This document shows positions 40,255 through 51,640 of a DNA stretch of 61,773 nucleotides, one piece after another. A model generated the notes under the pieces. That model was not told the origin of the DNA and ran no database searches. It was given only the letters and a program-made list of their open reading frames with translations. The position numbers and the translations under genes were made by a program. Origin of the DNA: an uncultured Syntrophales bacterium (GTDB lineage Bacteria > Desulfobacterota > Syntrophia > Syntrophales > JADFWA01); contig CAZZBF010000007.1 of NCBI GenBank assembly GCA_964652795.1, positions 1 to 61,773 of the forward strand, read 5' to 3'. The first letter of the stretch is position 1. Every line of letters starts with the position of its first letter.

Positions 40255-40812
40255 ATGTCAGAACAGATAAAATTGACTACCCCGCTTTCTGATGAAGACG
40301 TGGAAAAGTTGAATATTGGAGATAAGGTATTCTTGACTGGTACCATCTACACCGGAAGGGATGCCGCCCATAAAAGATTAGTAGATTTGCTCGATGAGGG
40401 CAAGGAACTGCCTATCGATGTCAAAGGTCAGGTAATTTACTATGTTGGGCCAGCGCCTGCCAAACCCGGACAGGCAATCGGTTCTGCCGGTCCCACAACC
40501 AGTTACCGCATGGATGCCTATGCCTATAGGCTTATGGAGTTGGGGCTGAAAGGAATGATTGGTAAGGGAAACCGTGCCCCGGAAGTTATCGAGGCCATGA
40601 AAAAACATAAAACGGTATACTTCGGTGCTACCGGAGGAGCAGGTGCCCTTATTGCTAAAAGCATAAAAAAGGCAGAAATTGTTGCCTATGAAGACCTCGG
40701 ACCCGAGGCCCTCCGGAAATTAGAGGTAGAAAATTTTCCGGTAGTGGTAGTTAACGATGTCAGGGGAGGAGATCTTTACGTTGAAGGAGCTAAAAAATAT
40801 CGGAAAGAGTAA
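40255..40812 (+). CDS. fumB: Class I fumarate hydratase, beta subunit
   Basis: GRDAAHKR, GPTTSYRM, GMIGKG, GGAGAL. Confidence 0.88.
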   Translation: MSEQIKLTTPLSDEDVEKLNIGDKVFLTGTIYTGRDAAHKRLVDLLDEGKELPIDVKGQVIYYVGPAPAKPGQAIGSAGPTTSYRMDAYAYRLMELGLKGMIGKGNRAPEVIEAMKKHKTVYFGATGGAGALIAKSIKKAEIVAYEDLGPEALRKLEVENFPVVVVNDVRGGDLYVEGAKKYRKE

Positions 40813-41082
40813 ATCAACCGACTAATAGAACGTTTCATCAATGGATCCACAACGGCATTTGCAATTACGGAGGGTTATGAAGTAGTTTTATTGCTTTATT
40901 CTGTCTTATGTGGTTTTAAGTTTTCTTCTTTTCTACACAGTATGTCCATTGCAAGCTCATAAAGGCTTACCTATGGAACGTTCCATTAGATAGATTGTTT
41001 TTCCTATTTTTTGCTCAATGCTTAACGAATAAAGAAAGATTTATTGAAAATTCTTTATAATTTTAATGAGGGGATGGAAGAT

Positions 41083-42828
41083 ATGGTAAATTTGGGATAC
41101 ACTAATAAGACAGAAGTGGTTACGCATGACGTCTTGATCTTTGGTACAGGACTGTCCGGGTTTCGGGCAGCACTGGAGATTGCCCAGAAAACTAAGGACT
41201 CGGTAAATATGGGCCTTCTCTCCAAGGTTCAGATCCAGCGTCCCCACTCGGTATGTGCCGAAGGTGGTTCGGCAGCGGTTATGCGAGAGGATCAGGGTGA
41301 CAACTTTGATATTCATGCATGGGACACCGTCAAGGGCGCAGACTTCCTGGCAGACCAGGATGTGGTATATCACTTTGTGGAAAATTCCCCCAAAGAGATC
41401 TTGCAGATGGACCACTGGGGAATGCCCTGGTCAAGAACCGAAGACGGCAGGCTCAAACAGCGCCCCTTCGGAGGACACAGTTATCCTCGAGCCACCATGG
41501 CTGCGGACAAGACTGGTTTCTTTGAAATACAGGTTCTCTATGATACCCTTTTGAAGTATAAGAATTTCTGCCGGTATGATGAATTCTTTGTCACCTCTAT
41601 CTTAACGGATAAGAAGGGTGATTTTGCCGGTGTTACGGCAATAGACATGTGTACCGGAAAATTCTACGTTATGCGTGCCAAGGCTATGCTCATTGCTACT
41701 GGTGGTATTGGAAACCTTTACAGTTTCACCACCTATTCCCAGACCGTTACAGGGGATGGCCATTTGGCAGCATACCGTGCCGGGTTGAACCTTGAGGATT
41801 CAGAGTTTCTCCAGTTTCACCCCACCGGTCTAATCCCTAGCGGTATTCTTATGACCGAAGCGTGTCGTGGTGAAGGAGGGTATCTCAGAAACTCTAATGG
41901 TGACAGATTTATGGACAAATATGCCCCGGATAGGATGGAGCTGGCACCCCGTGATCTCGTCTCTCGCTCTATGATAACCGAGATTTTAGAAGGCCGAGGT
42001 TTTAAAGGACCCGAAGGGTTGGATTATCTCCATCTGGATCTTACTCACCTGGGAGCAGACCATATCAACAGTGTCCTGCCATTAATCCGGGAGGTTTGTC
42101 TTGATTATATCGGACTTGATCCTATCGAGAAACCGATCCCGGTACGTCCTGTTGCCCATTACTCCATGGGAGGAATCGAGGCAGATATCAACGGAGCAAC
42201 TAAGATGAAAGGTGTCTGGGCAGCGGGAGAATGCGCCTGTTATTCTCTCCACGGCGCCAACCGCCTCGGTTGTAATTCCACAATGGAGTGTATTTTATGG
42301 GGAAGGTTTACCGGCGAAGAGATAGTGAAATATCTTGATACAAACCCGCCACTGGCAGATATGCCGTCAGACAAAGTTGATGCGGAATACAAGCGTCTCT
42401 ATATTGATCTCCTACAAAAGAAAGGTAAAGAAAATCTTTACGATATCAAAACGGAACTCAGGAGAACAATGGGTGAACATGTAGGGGTCTATCGTACCGG
42501 ACAAGGCCTAAGTGATGGGTTGAAAAAAATCAGGGAACTGCAGAAACGATTTAAAGACATCTATATTCAGGACAGTGGTCATGTGTACAATAACAATATG
42601 ATCAATGCCCTTGAGACTGAAAACCTCCTTGATCTGGCCGAAGGATTGGTTTCGGCGGCACTGGCCCGTGAGGAATCCCGAGGGGGACATGCCCGTACTG
42701 ATTTTCCGGTTCGTGACGATGAAAACTGGCTCAAACATACACTGATAAGCTATACTAAAGATGGGCCAAAACTTAGCTACAAACCAGTAACGATCACCAA
42801 ATGGTTACCGGTAGAACGTAAATACTGA
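41083..42828 (+). CDS. sdhA: Succinate dehydrogenase/fumarate reductase flavoprotein
   Basis: HSVCAEGG (covalent FAD His), [33 protein letters not shown]. Confidence 0.95.
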   Translation: MVNLGYTNKTEVVTHDVLIFGTGLSGFRAALEIAQKTKDSVNMGLLSKVQIQRPHSVCAEGGSAAVMREDQGDNFDIHAWDTVKGADFLADQDVVYHFVENSPKEILQMDHWGMPWSRTEDGRLKQRPFGGHSYPRATMAADKTGFFEIQVLYDTLLKYKNFCRYDEFFVTSILTDKKGDFAGVTAIDMCTGKFYVMRAKAMLIATGGIGNLYSFTTYSQTVTGDGHLAAYRAGLNLEDSEFLQFHPTGLIPSGILMTEACRGEGGYLRNSNGDRFMDKYAPDRMELAPRDLVSRSMITEILEGRGFKGPEGLDYLHLDLTHLGADHINSVLPLIREVCLDYIGLDPIEKPIPVRPVAHYSMGGIEADINGATKMKGVWAAGECACYSLHGANRLGCNSTMECILWGRFTGEEIVKYLDTNPPLADMPSDKVDAEYKRLYIDLLQKKGKENLYDIKTELRRTMGEHVGVYRTGQGLSDGLKKIRELQKRFKDIYIQDSGHVYNNNMINALETENLLDLAEGLVSAALAREESRGGHARTDFPVRDDENWLKHTLISYTKDGPKLSYKPVTITKWLPVERKY

Positions 42829-42838
42829 GGAGAAGAAA

Positions 42839-43276
42839 ATGGAAAAAAAGAGATACGATAATCACCTCGAACTTTGGGGTTGGCTAGGAGGCGGTAAATG
42901 GGGAATAGAGCGCTATCTATATACCCTTCACCGGATCACAGGAGTAGGTATCCTGCTTTTCTTCATGATCCACATATTTGAGAGTTCTACCAGAATCTTT
43001 GGCATGAAGACGTGGGACATTATTATGAAAGGTATGGAATTCCCTGTTTTTAAGATCGGTGAAGTTTTGGTCTTTACAGCATTCGCCTTTCATGCCTTGA
43101 ATGGAATCCGGCTTATTCTGATTGAACTGGGATTTATGGTAGGAAAACCAGAACAACCGGTCTATCCGTACCAATCATCACTGAATGTACAGCGCCCAAT
43201 GATGATGGTAATAATGGTAATAGTTGTCGTTCTCATATTAGCTGGAGGCGTCGACATTATCTTTCTACATAAATAG
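42839..43276 (+). CDS. sdhC: Succinate:quinone oxidoreductase cytochrome b subunit
   Basis: LHRITG, FMIHIF, AFHALNG; three TM segments. Confidence 0.85.
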   Translation: MEKKRYDNHLELWGWLGGGKWGIERYLYTLHRITGVGILLFFMIHIFESSTRIFGMKTWDIIMKGMEFPVFKIGEVLVFTAFAFHALNGIRLILIELGFMVGKPEQPVYPYQSSLNVQRPMMMVIMVIVVVLILAGGVDIIFLHK

Positions 43277-43294
43277 GAAAGGAGGATTTATCTC

Positions 43295-43672
43295 ATGAAT
43301 AAAAGTGGACCTTGGATATTGTTCATTGTTGCGGCAGTTGTAATTTTTGTCTTTCTCGGGTTGCACATGATGATTGTTCATCTGGATACCCTCCTTGGAG
43401 GAATCGGCAGTCCCGCAGGGGGTTCGGCTCTTGCCTGGGAGAATGTAATTCAGCGAAGCCAATCTAACTTTTTCACTGTTACTTACATTATTTTATTGGC
43501 AGCAGCGCTCTACCACGGATTTTACGGGCTACGTACCATCATATTTGAATTTGGCCCCAGAAAAGAGGCCGAGGGAGCTTGGACCACCTTCTTATGGATA
43601 GTAGGCATCGTTCTTTTCATCGTTGGCACCGTTGCTGCTATCGCGGTACGAACAGTACAAACAGCACTTTAG
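43295..43672 (+). CDS. sdhD: Succinate:quinone oxidoreductase hydrophobic anchor subunit
   Basis: GLHMMIVH, LYHGFYGLR; three TM segments. Confidence 0.8.
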   Translation: MNKSGPWILFIVAAVVIFVFLGLHMMIVHLDTLLGGIGSPAGGSALAWENVIQRSQSNFFTVTYIILLAAALYHGFYGLRTIIFEFGPRKEAEGAWTTFLWIVGIVLFIVGTVAAIAVRTVQTAL

Positions 43673-43685
43673 AAAGGATAAGAAA

Positions 43686-44501
43686 ATGGCAACCAATATT
43701 ACCTATAATATTAAACGTTTTGATCCTGAGAAGGATGAGGGTCCACGGTGGCAACAGTTTACCGTGCCGGTGGAACCTGGGATGACTGTGCTGGACGGTT
43801 TGCACTGGATTAGAGAAAATCAGGATGCGTCCCTTGCCTGGCGTTATTCCTGTCGGATGGGGGTATGCGGTTCCTGCGCCATGTTGATAAATGGAACACC
43901 ATGTATGGCCTGTAATACCCAGATTCTGCACGTAACTGATCGTGTGTTAACCATTGCACCTCTTCCAAACTTTAATGTAATTAAAGACCTGGTACCGGAC
44001 TTAATACCAATGTTAGAAACACACGCTTCCATCTTTCCTCAAATCGAGCGAACGGACGTCCAGGAGATGGAAAATCCCACGGCAGAATACATACAATCCG
44101 TCGAGGAGCTTGAAAGGTACCTTCAGTTCACCTATTGCATGAAGTGTGGCTGTTGTATTGCAGCCTGCCCTGGGTCGGCTACAGACCGGAATTATCTTGG
44201 ACCGATGCCTCTTACACAGGCGTACCGCTATAGTGTGGATACCCGTGATGATGGTCAGAAAAAGAGAAACGCTAAAGTGAGTGAACCTCACGGTGTTTTC
44301 AGCTGCCATTATGCAGGAGAGTGTTCCAAAGTATGCCCCAAGGGAGTTGACCCGGCACGGGCTATCCAACTGATGAAAAAAGACCTGGTTTTAGGTTATC
44401 TGAAACTTCAGGGCGCAAAAAAACCGGCAAAGTTAGTAGGTCCTCCGAGTGGTGAAACCAAACCGAAGATTGAGGCCCCCGCATTTACGGTAGAACAGTA
44501 A
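43686..44501 (+). CDS. sdhB: Succinate dehydrogenase/fumarate reductase iron-sulfur subunit
   Basis: CRMGVCGSC..C [2Fe-2S], CMKCGCC..ACP [4Fe-4S], CHYAGEC..VCP [3Fe-4S]. Confidence 0.95.
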   Translation: MATNITYNIKRFDPEKDEGPRWQQFTVPVEPGMTVLDGLHWIRENQDASLAWRYSCRMGVCGSCAMLINGTPCMACNTQILHVTDRVLTIAPLPNFNVIKDLVPDLIPMLETHASIFPQIERTDVQEMENPTAEYIQSVEELERYLQFTYCMKCGCCIAACPGSATDRNYLGPMPLTQAYRYSVDTRDDGQKKRNAKVSEPHGVFSCHYAGECSKVCPKGVDPARAIQLMKKDLVLGYLKLQGAKKPAKLVGPPSGETKPKIEAPAFTVEQ

Positions 44502-44726
44502 AAACGGATGGAAAATCCGAACAGTTTTATTTGCCCTTTTGAAGATAACCAAAATATTTGTTTAAGTATGGAAAGAGGACTCTGAGAGCGAAAAATATTT
44601 TGAGCATCGAAGAGTCCTTTTTCAAATTATTACCGAGTGAAAATTTACTCCGCTCGGTTTGTTCTAATCAGGCACATTTTCTCGAATTTACAAAAGTTGA
44701 ACCAAATACAAATAAGGAGGTGTCTT

Positions 44727-46349
44727 ATGGCTGAGGAGATGGGAGCAAAATGGACCACCACTGAAGAGTGGGCTCTTGAAAGAGAAAAGAAGTATAACGA
44801 AGTTAAGGAAAAGTATAAAGATAAAAAATGGCCTGAGCTGACCACAGAGGAGAAATATGAAATTTTTGAAGCTCGCAAGGCCGTCCTGGAACGGATGGGT
44901 GGTGTAAGGGGAATAAATCGGCAACATGACAGAGGCAAGTATACGGTAAGGGAAAGAGCAGATAAACTGTTTGACCCGGGATCATTTGTCGAAATTGGAT
45001 TGCATTGTAAATCCTCATGTCTTTCGTACGATTTGTATAAGGTTGCCTCCGAGGATATGCCCGCGGACGGTATTCTGGCAGGTTACGGACTCGTCGACGG
45101 AAGGCCGGTATATGCCTTCTTCCAGGATTTTACAACATGGGGAGGAACACTGGGAAAAACACATGCGGAAAAGATTAAAAGAGTTTCCGGTGAGGCTGTA
45201 CAGAACAATTGTCCTATCGTCTATATTGCCGACTCCGGTGGCGCCAGGATACAGGAGGGAACTGACTCCCTGGCAGGATACGGTGACCTGTTCTACGTAA
45301 ACAGCATATATTCCGGCTGTGTTCCGCAACTTTGCGGCATAATAGGACCATGTGCCGGAGGAGCCGTTTATTCTCCTGCGCTGATGGATTGTATCTTCAC
45401 GGTAGAAGGTGAAACTGAAATGTTTATCACCGGGCCCATAGTTATAAAGGCTGTTTTGGGGCAGGAAGTCGGAAAGGAAGAACTTGGCGGTGCAAGAGTA
45501 AACTGTGAGCGAAGTGGAAACGCTGCATTTTTTGCAAAGGACGAAGATGAATTTATAGCACAGCTGAAGAAACTGCTCAGCTTCCTGCCGGGTAGTGCCA
45601 AGCAGAAGCCTCCCTACGTAGAAACCGGCGATTCACCGGACAGGACTACACCGGAGTTAAGGAAAATAATACCTGACAGTCTGAATGAGCCATTTGATAT
45701 GAAGAAGATCATTGAAACAGTCGTCGACAATGGTGACTTTCTTGAATGGCAGGAACTCTTTGCGCCGAGCCTTATATGCGCCTTTGCCAGAATGAATGGA
45801 AATTCGGTAGGAATAATAGCGCAGAATCCGATGCATCTTAATGGTGATGTTACAATGGACTCCGGCGACAAGGGATCAAAATTTATGAGACTGTGTGATG
45901 CTTACAACTTACCTCTTATAAGTTTTATCGATGCGTCAGGGTACGCTGTCGGAAAGGAGCAGGAGGTAGGAGGGATAATCAGACATAACGCGAAGCTGAT
46001 CCAGGCTTACGCCGAAGCTACAGTCCCCAAAATTACTATTATTACAAGAAAGGCATTTGGAGGACCAGCTTTACTCGGTTCTAAAAATCTTGGTGCTGAT
46101 TTAGTCTTGGTATGGCCAACATGTGAGATGGCTGCTGCGAGTCCTGAGCAGGCCGTGAGTGTTATCGGTGGAGATGAGATGGATTACAGAAATCACTTCT
46201 CAGATCCGGCTGTACCGGCAACAAAGCTGCACATTGACGAAATCATAGATGCTGCTGACACCAGGCCTCTTATATGTAAGGCGCTTAATATGTTCGAGCA
46301 GAAATCTGTCGATCTGCCTTACAAGAAACATAACATCAAGCCGCATTAG
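44727..46349 (+). CDS. Acyl-CoA carboxyltransferase paralog 1 (PccB/MmdA/transcarboxylase 12S family); canonical N-domain, degenerate C-domain
   Basis: DSGGARIQEG and GPCAGGAVYSPA are intact; C-domain motifs altered (DASGYAVG, RHNAK, AFGGPALLGSK). AAGGAGG RBS before ATG 44727. Confidence 0.9.
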   Translation: MAEEMGAKWTTTEEWALEREKKYNEVKEKYKDKKWPELTTEEKYEIFEARKAVLERMGGVRGINRQHDRGKYTVRERADKLFDPGSFVEIGLHCKSSCLSYDLYKVASEDMPADGILAGYGLVDGRPVYAFFQDFTTWGGTLGKTHAEKIKRVSGEAVQNNCPIVYIADSGGARIQEGTDSLAGYGDLFYVNSIYSGCVPQLCGIIGPCAGGAVYSPALMDCIFTVEGETEMFITGPIVIKAVLGQEVGKEELGGARVNCERSGNAAFFAKDEDEFIAQLKKLLSFLPGSAKQKPPYVETGDSPDRTTPELRKIIPDSLNEPFDMKKIIETVVDNGDFLEWQELFAPSLICAFARMNGNSVGIIAQNPMHLNGDVTMDSGDKGSKFMRLCDAYNLPLISFIDASGYAVGKEQEVGGIIRHNAKLIQAYAEATVPKITIITRKAFGGPALLGSKNLGADLVLVWPTCEMAAASPEQAVSVIGGDEMDYRNHFSDPAVPATKLHIDEIIDAADTRPLICKALNMFEQKSVDLPYKKHNIKPH

Positions 46350-46381
46350 AACCTGAAAAAAGAGAAAGGAGGTTGTTCCAG

Positions 46382-47959
46382 ATGGCTAGTGAAAAAACAT
46401 TCGCAGAAATGTCAACATTAGAAAAGTCTGATTTTTTGAAAAGTGAGCAGGCAAGAATCTATGAAATGGGCGGAGCAGAGGCAGTAAAGCTCCAGCATGA
46501 CATGGGGAAATATACAGCAAGGGAACGGATAGAAAAATTGTTTGACCCCGGGTCCTTTTTCGAAATAGGGGAATTCTGCAGATCGGTAACACCGCATTAT
46601 GACATATTCAAGGAGGCACCACCTGCCGATGGCGTAGTAACAGGATACGGGACTATTAACGGAAGGGTTGTTTATGGTGCCTTCCAGGATGCTACGGTCA
46701 TGGGTGGAACACTTGGGATTATACATGCCGACAAGATAGTGAGAGTCCTTCAGGAAGCCAACAATGTCGGATGTCCGATGCTCTATCTCGTCGACTCAGA
46801 AGGATTGAGGATAAAGGAAGGGCCCGATTCCCTGGCCGGTCTCGGAGATTTGGTGTATAATATGACCCTCTATTCAGGAGCCATTCCTCAGATTTGTGCC
46901 GTTATGGGAACATGCTCGGGCGGAATGACAATTGTCCCGGGACTCGCAGACTGTGTATTCACCGTGGATAAGATAACCAAGATGTACGCCAACGCCCCGA
47001 CAACGATAGCTGCCGCTACCGGCGAAGAAGTCGGAGATGAAGATATCGGTGGAGCGGCTGTTCACTGCGGAAAAAGCGGTGTCGGCACATTCTTGACCAA
47101 GAGCGAAGATGAGTGTCTCGAACAAATAAAAAGGTTTCTCAGCTTTCTACCGGGCAGCGCCAAGGAAAAACCGCCCTATGTTGAAACGGGTGATCCTGCG
47201 GATAGGATATCAGAAGCACTGGCGACGATTGTACCCGACAAAGCAACACGTCCCTTCAATATGAAGAAAGTGATCGGTGAAGTCGTGGATAACGGAGACT
47301 TTATGGAGTGGCAGGACAGATATGCCAGAAATCTTATATGTGCTTTAGCCAGAATGGATGGAAATACGGTAGGCATACTGGCACAGAATCCTATGGTTAT
47401 GGCGGGCTGTCTCGATGTTGACTGTTCCGATAAGGGCTCCAGGTTTATCAGGTTCTGTGATGCCTATAATATACCTATACTCAATCTTGTTGATGTCCCG
47501 GGATATCTTCCGGGAACGGATCAGGAGTGGAACGGCATAATTAGACATGGCGCAAAAATGCTCTTCGCCTATTCCGAAGCGACCGTGCCTGAAATAACTG
47601 TCGTTACACGAAAGGCATACGGAGGTTCTTACCTGGGCATGTGTTCCAAAGACGTCGGTGCAGATGTAGTTATGGTATGGCCTCCATGTGAAATGGCGGT
47701 TATGGGACCATCGGGCGCAGTGGGTATCATTGAGCGTAAAGCGATAAAAGAAGCGGAAGATCCTGCCGTAAAGAAAGATGAATTAACTATAGAGTACGTA
47801 AACCGCTTCCTCGTACCTACGGCTCCGGCAGCAAATCTGAATCTGGATAAAGTTATAGATCCTGTACAAACAAGACCGTTAGTTTGCAGGGCTCTTAAAC
47901 TGTTCAAAAATAAGGACCTAAAGCTGCCGTACAAGAAGCATGAAGTTATGCCGGAATAA
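46382..47959 (+). CDS. Acyl-CoA carboxyltransferase paralog 2 (PccB/MmdA/12S family); degenerate N-domain, canonical C-domain
   Basis: DVPGYLPG, RHGAK, RKAYGGSYLGMC and MAVMGP are intact; N-domain motifs altered (DSEGLRIKEG, GTCSGGMTIVPG). Confidence 0.9.
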   Translation: MASEKTFAEMSTLEKSDFLKSEQARIYEMGGAEAVKLQHDMGKYTARERIEKLFDPGSFFEIGEFCRSVTPHYDIFKEAPPADGVVTGYGTINGRVVYGAFQDATVMGGTLGIIHADKIVRVLQEANNVGCPMLYLVDSEGLRIKEGPDSLAGLGDLVYNMTLYSGAIPQICAVMGTCSGGMTIVPGLADCVFTVDKITKMYANAPTTIAAATGEEVGDEDIGGAAVHCGKSGVGTFLTKSEDECLEQIKRFLSFLPGSAKEKPPYVETGDPADRISEALATIVPDKATRPFNMKKVIGEVVDNGDFMEWQDRYARNLICALARMDGNTVGILAQNPMVMAGCLDVDCSDKGSRFIRFCDAYNIPILNLVDVPGYLPGTDQEWNGIIRHGAKMLFAYSEATVPEITVVTRKAYGGSYLGMCSKDVGADVVMVWPPCEMAVMGPSGAVGIIERKAIKEAEDPAVKKDELTIEYVNRFLVPTAPAANLNLDKVIDPVQTRPLVCRALKLFKNKDLKLPYKKHEVMPE

Positions 47960-47976
47960 TACTGGCTGAAGCTTTT

Positions 47977-48010
47977 AAAAAGGGGCGACTGAAAAGGCGC
48001 CCCTTTTTTT
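47977..48010 (+). terminator. Intrinsic terminator
   Basis: AAAAAGGGGCG-10 nt-CGCCCCTTTTTTT. Confidence 0.75.
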
Positions 48011-48081
48011 CTAAAACGTTTTTTTCATATCTACCGAACAGAAATAACCGTGGTTCTTCTCCGCAATGCTTTTTTATTTTC

Positions 48082-48110
48082 TTGATTTCAAAATTCAGTA
48101 AAGATACTAT
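48082..48110 (+). promoter_or_regulatory. sigma70-type promoter upstream of gmd
   Basis: TTGATT-17 bp-TACTAT. Confidence 0.5.
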
Positions 48111-48217
48111 ACGCGGTATTGTGTGGCGAGATATTTCATATATCATCGCTACGGTCGGCTGTAAAACCCGATTAATTTAAAAATTGTTTCCGAGCTTAAA
48201 CAAAGAGGTATTCTTAA

Positions 48218-50214
<1,997 letters not shown>

Positions 50215-50277
50215 AAGGATCGAACTTCGAATCTCTTTAAGAAACTGGGGAAAGAGGATATGTCATGCAATGGTCTC

Positions 50278-50306
50278 TTGACTTCCGCAACACTTTGTGA
50301 TAGAAA
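50278..50306 (+). promoter_or_regulatory. sigma70-type promoter of atpZ-atpI-atpB
   Basis: TTGACT-17 bp-TAGAAA with extended -10 TG, immediately before ATG 50318. Confidence 0.45.
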
Positions 50307-50317
50307 GCCTACCTGCA

Positions 50318-50602
50318 ATGGATAAAGGAACAAGAAAATCCATGATCCAGATGGCTTATGTTAGCAGCCTCGGCTTTGCGATGGTTATCATGAGTGCCGG
50401 AGGTCTCCTTTTGGGAGCATATCTGGATGGAAAATTAGGAACAGGACATAAGCTTGCGCTGTTATTTTTTCTTACAGGAACTATTGCGGGATTCAGAAAT
50501 GTATATGTCGTAATCAAAAAGAACTTCAGGGATGAAAAGCCAATAATAAAGCTTTTAAAATATGAACCACACAGAAAAAGACCACATCCCAAAAAAGCTT
50601 GA
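50318..50602 (+). CDS. atpZ: AtpZ/AtpI family (ATPase gene 1) membrane protein
   Basis: SSLGFAMVI...GAYLDGKLGT...AGFRNVY; first gene before atpI-atpB. Confidence 0.8.
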   Translation: MDKGTRKSMIQMAYVSSLGFAMVIMSAGGLLLGAYLDGKLGTGHKLALLFFLTGTIAGFRNVYVVIKKNFRDEKPIIKLLKYEPHRKRPHPKKA

Positions 50603-50957
50603 GTTCAGAAACTGGATCGTCCTCGGAATATTTCTTACAATCAGCTTAATCTTTATGTCATATAGATTTACCCTCGGGATACTGTTTGGCGGACTTATAA
50701 GCATTATAAATTATTACTGGCTTTATCAGGGTCTTCGAAAGGCATTTCAGAGGGTTACAGATAGAACAAAGTCGGTTGTGGTATTCAAGTACTACATCAG
50801 GCTCGCCGTCACGGCGATTGTGCTTTTTTTGGTCATTACGCGAACACCTATCAACGTGATTGGTTTAATAATCGGGCTTTCCACAGTTGTAATAAGCATT
50901 ATATTTACAACGGTTCTTGAACTTTCAAAAAAAAACTGCGCTGAGGAGGTCAAATAA
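50562..50957 (+). CDS. atpI: ATP synthase I chain
   Basis: Four hydrophobic segments, GGLISIINY, YYIRL; position upstream of atpB. Confidence 0.8.
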   Translation: MNHTEKDHIPKKLEFRNWIVLGIFLTISLIFMSYRFTLGILFGGLISIINYYWLYQGLRKAFQRVTDRTKSVVVFKYYIRLAVTAIVLFLVITRTPINVIGLIIGLSTVVISIIFTTVLELSKKNCAEEVK

Positions 50958-50960
50958 GCG

Positions 50961-51614
50961 ATGCACCCTTTATTATTTCTTCAGAATGACTATTTCCCAC
51001 CACATGTCACTTATACCTGGTTTATTATGGTGCTCCTGATTCTGTTTTCTTTTCTGGCAACACGCCGATTGGATATTTATCCGGGCAGATTTCAGAATTT
51101 TATGGAAGTTGTTATTAGCGGCATAGATTCTCTGCTAATAGATGTTATGGGACCTGAAGGGAAAAAATTTTTCCCGCTTATGGCAACACTGACCCTCTTT
51201 ATTTTTACATCTAATCTATTTGGTCTCATCCCGGGATTCGATGGGCCCACAAATAACCTCAATACGACTGTCTCCATGGCACTGGTAGTTTTCGTCACAA
51301 CACATATCGTCGGCGTCAAGGTTCACGGATTTAAGTATATTAAACAATTTATGGGACCTGTATGGTGGCTGACACCGCTTATGTTTCCGATTGAGGTAAT
51401 CAGTCATCTGTCACGACCACTCTCCCTTTCAGTGCGATTGTTTGGAAATATGGAAGGTGGACATATTGTCCTTGCCGTGTTGTTTGTACTGGTTCCCCTT
51501 CTTGTGCCGCTTCCAATTCTCGTACTCAAACTTCTTATAGCGGCAATCCAGACACTGGTTTTCGTGCTGCTGTCGATGATGTATATAGCGGGGGCAATGG
51601 AAGAAGCTCACTAA
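50961..51614 (+). CDS. atpB: F0F1 ATP synthase subunit a
   Basis: [26 protein letters not shown] (essential Arg), IQTLVF. Confidence 0.95.
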   Translation: MHPLLFLQNDYFPPHVTYTWFIMVLLILFSFLATRRLDIYPGRFQNFMEVVISGIDSLLIDVMGPEGKKFFPLMATLTLFIFTSNLFGLIPGFDGPTNNLNTTVSMALVVFVTTHIVGVKVHGFKYIKQFMGPVWWLTPLMFPIEVISHLSRPLSLSVRLFGNMEGGHIVLAVLFVLVPLLVPLPILVLKLLIAAIQTLVFVLLSMMYIAGAMEEAH

Positions 51615-51640
51615 AAAGCTTTCAGCTTTTTAGCCGACAA

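Noticed and set aside
44598-44611. 14-mer TTTTGAGCATCGAA shared with about 52795-52808
   Set aside because: A few exact 14-mer matches are expected by chance in a 62-kb AT-rich window, and the contexts differ.
44572-44623. Terminator-like hairpin between sdhB and carboxyltransferase 1
   Set aside because: Only an 8-bp perfect stem (AGGACTCT/AGAGTCCT) with a 27-nt loop; too weak to call.
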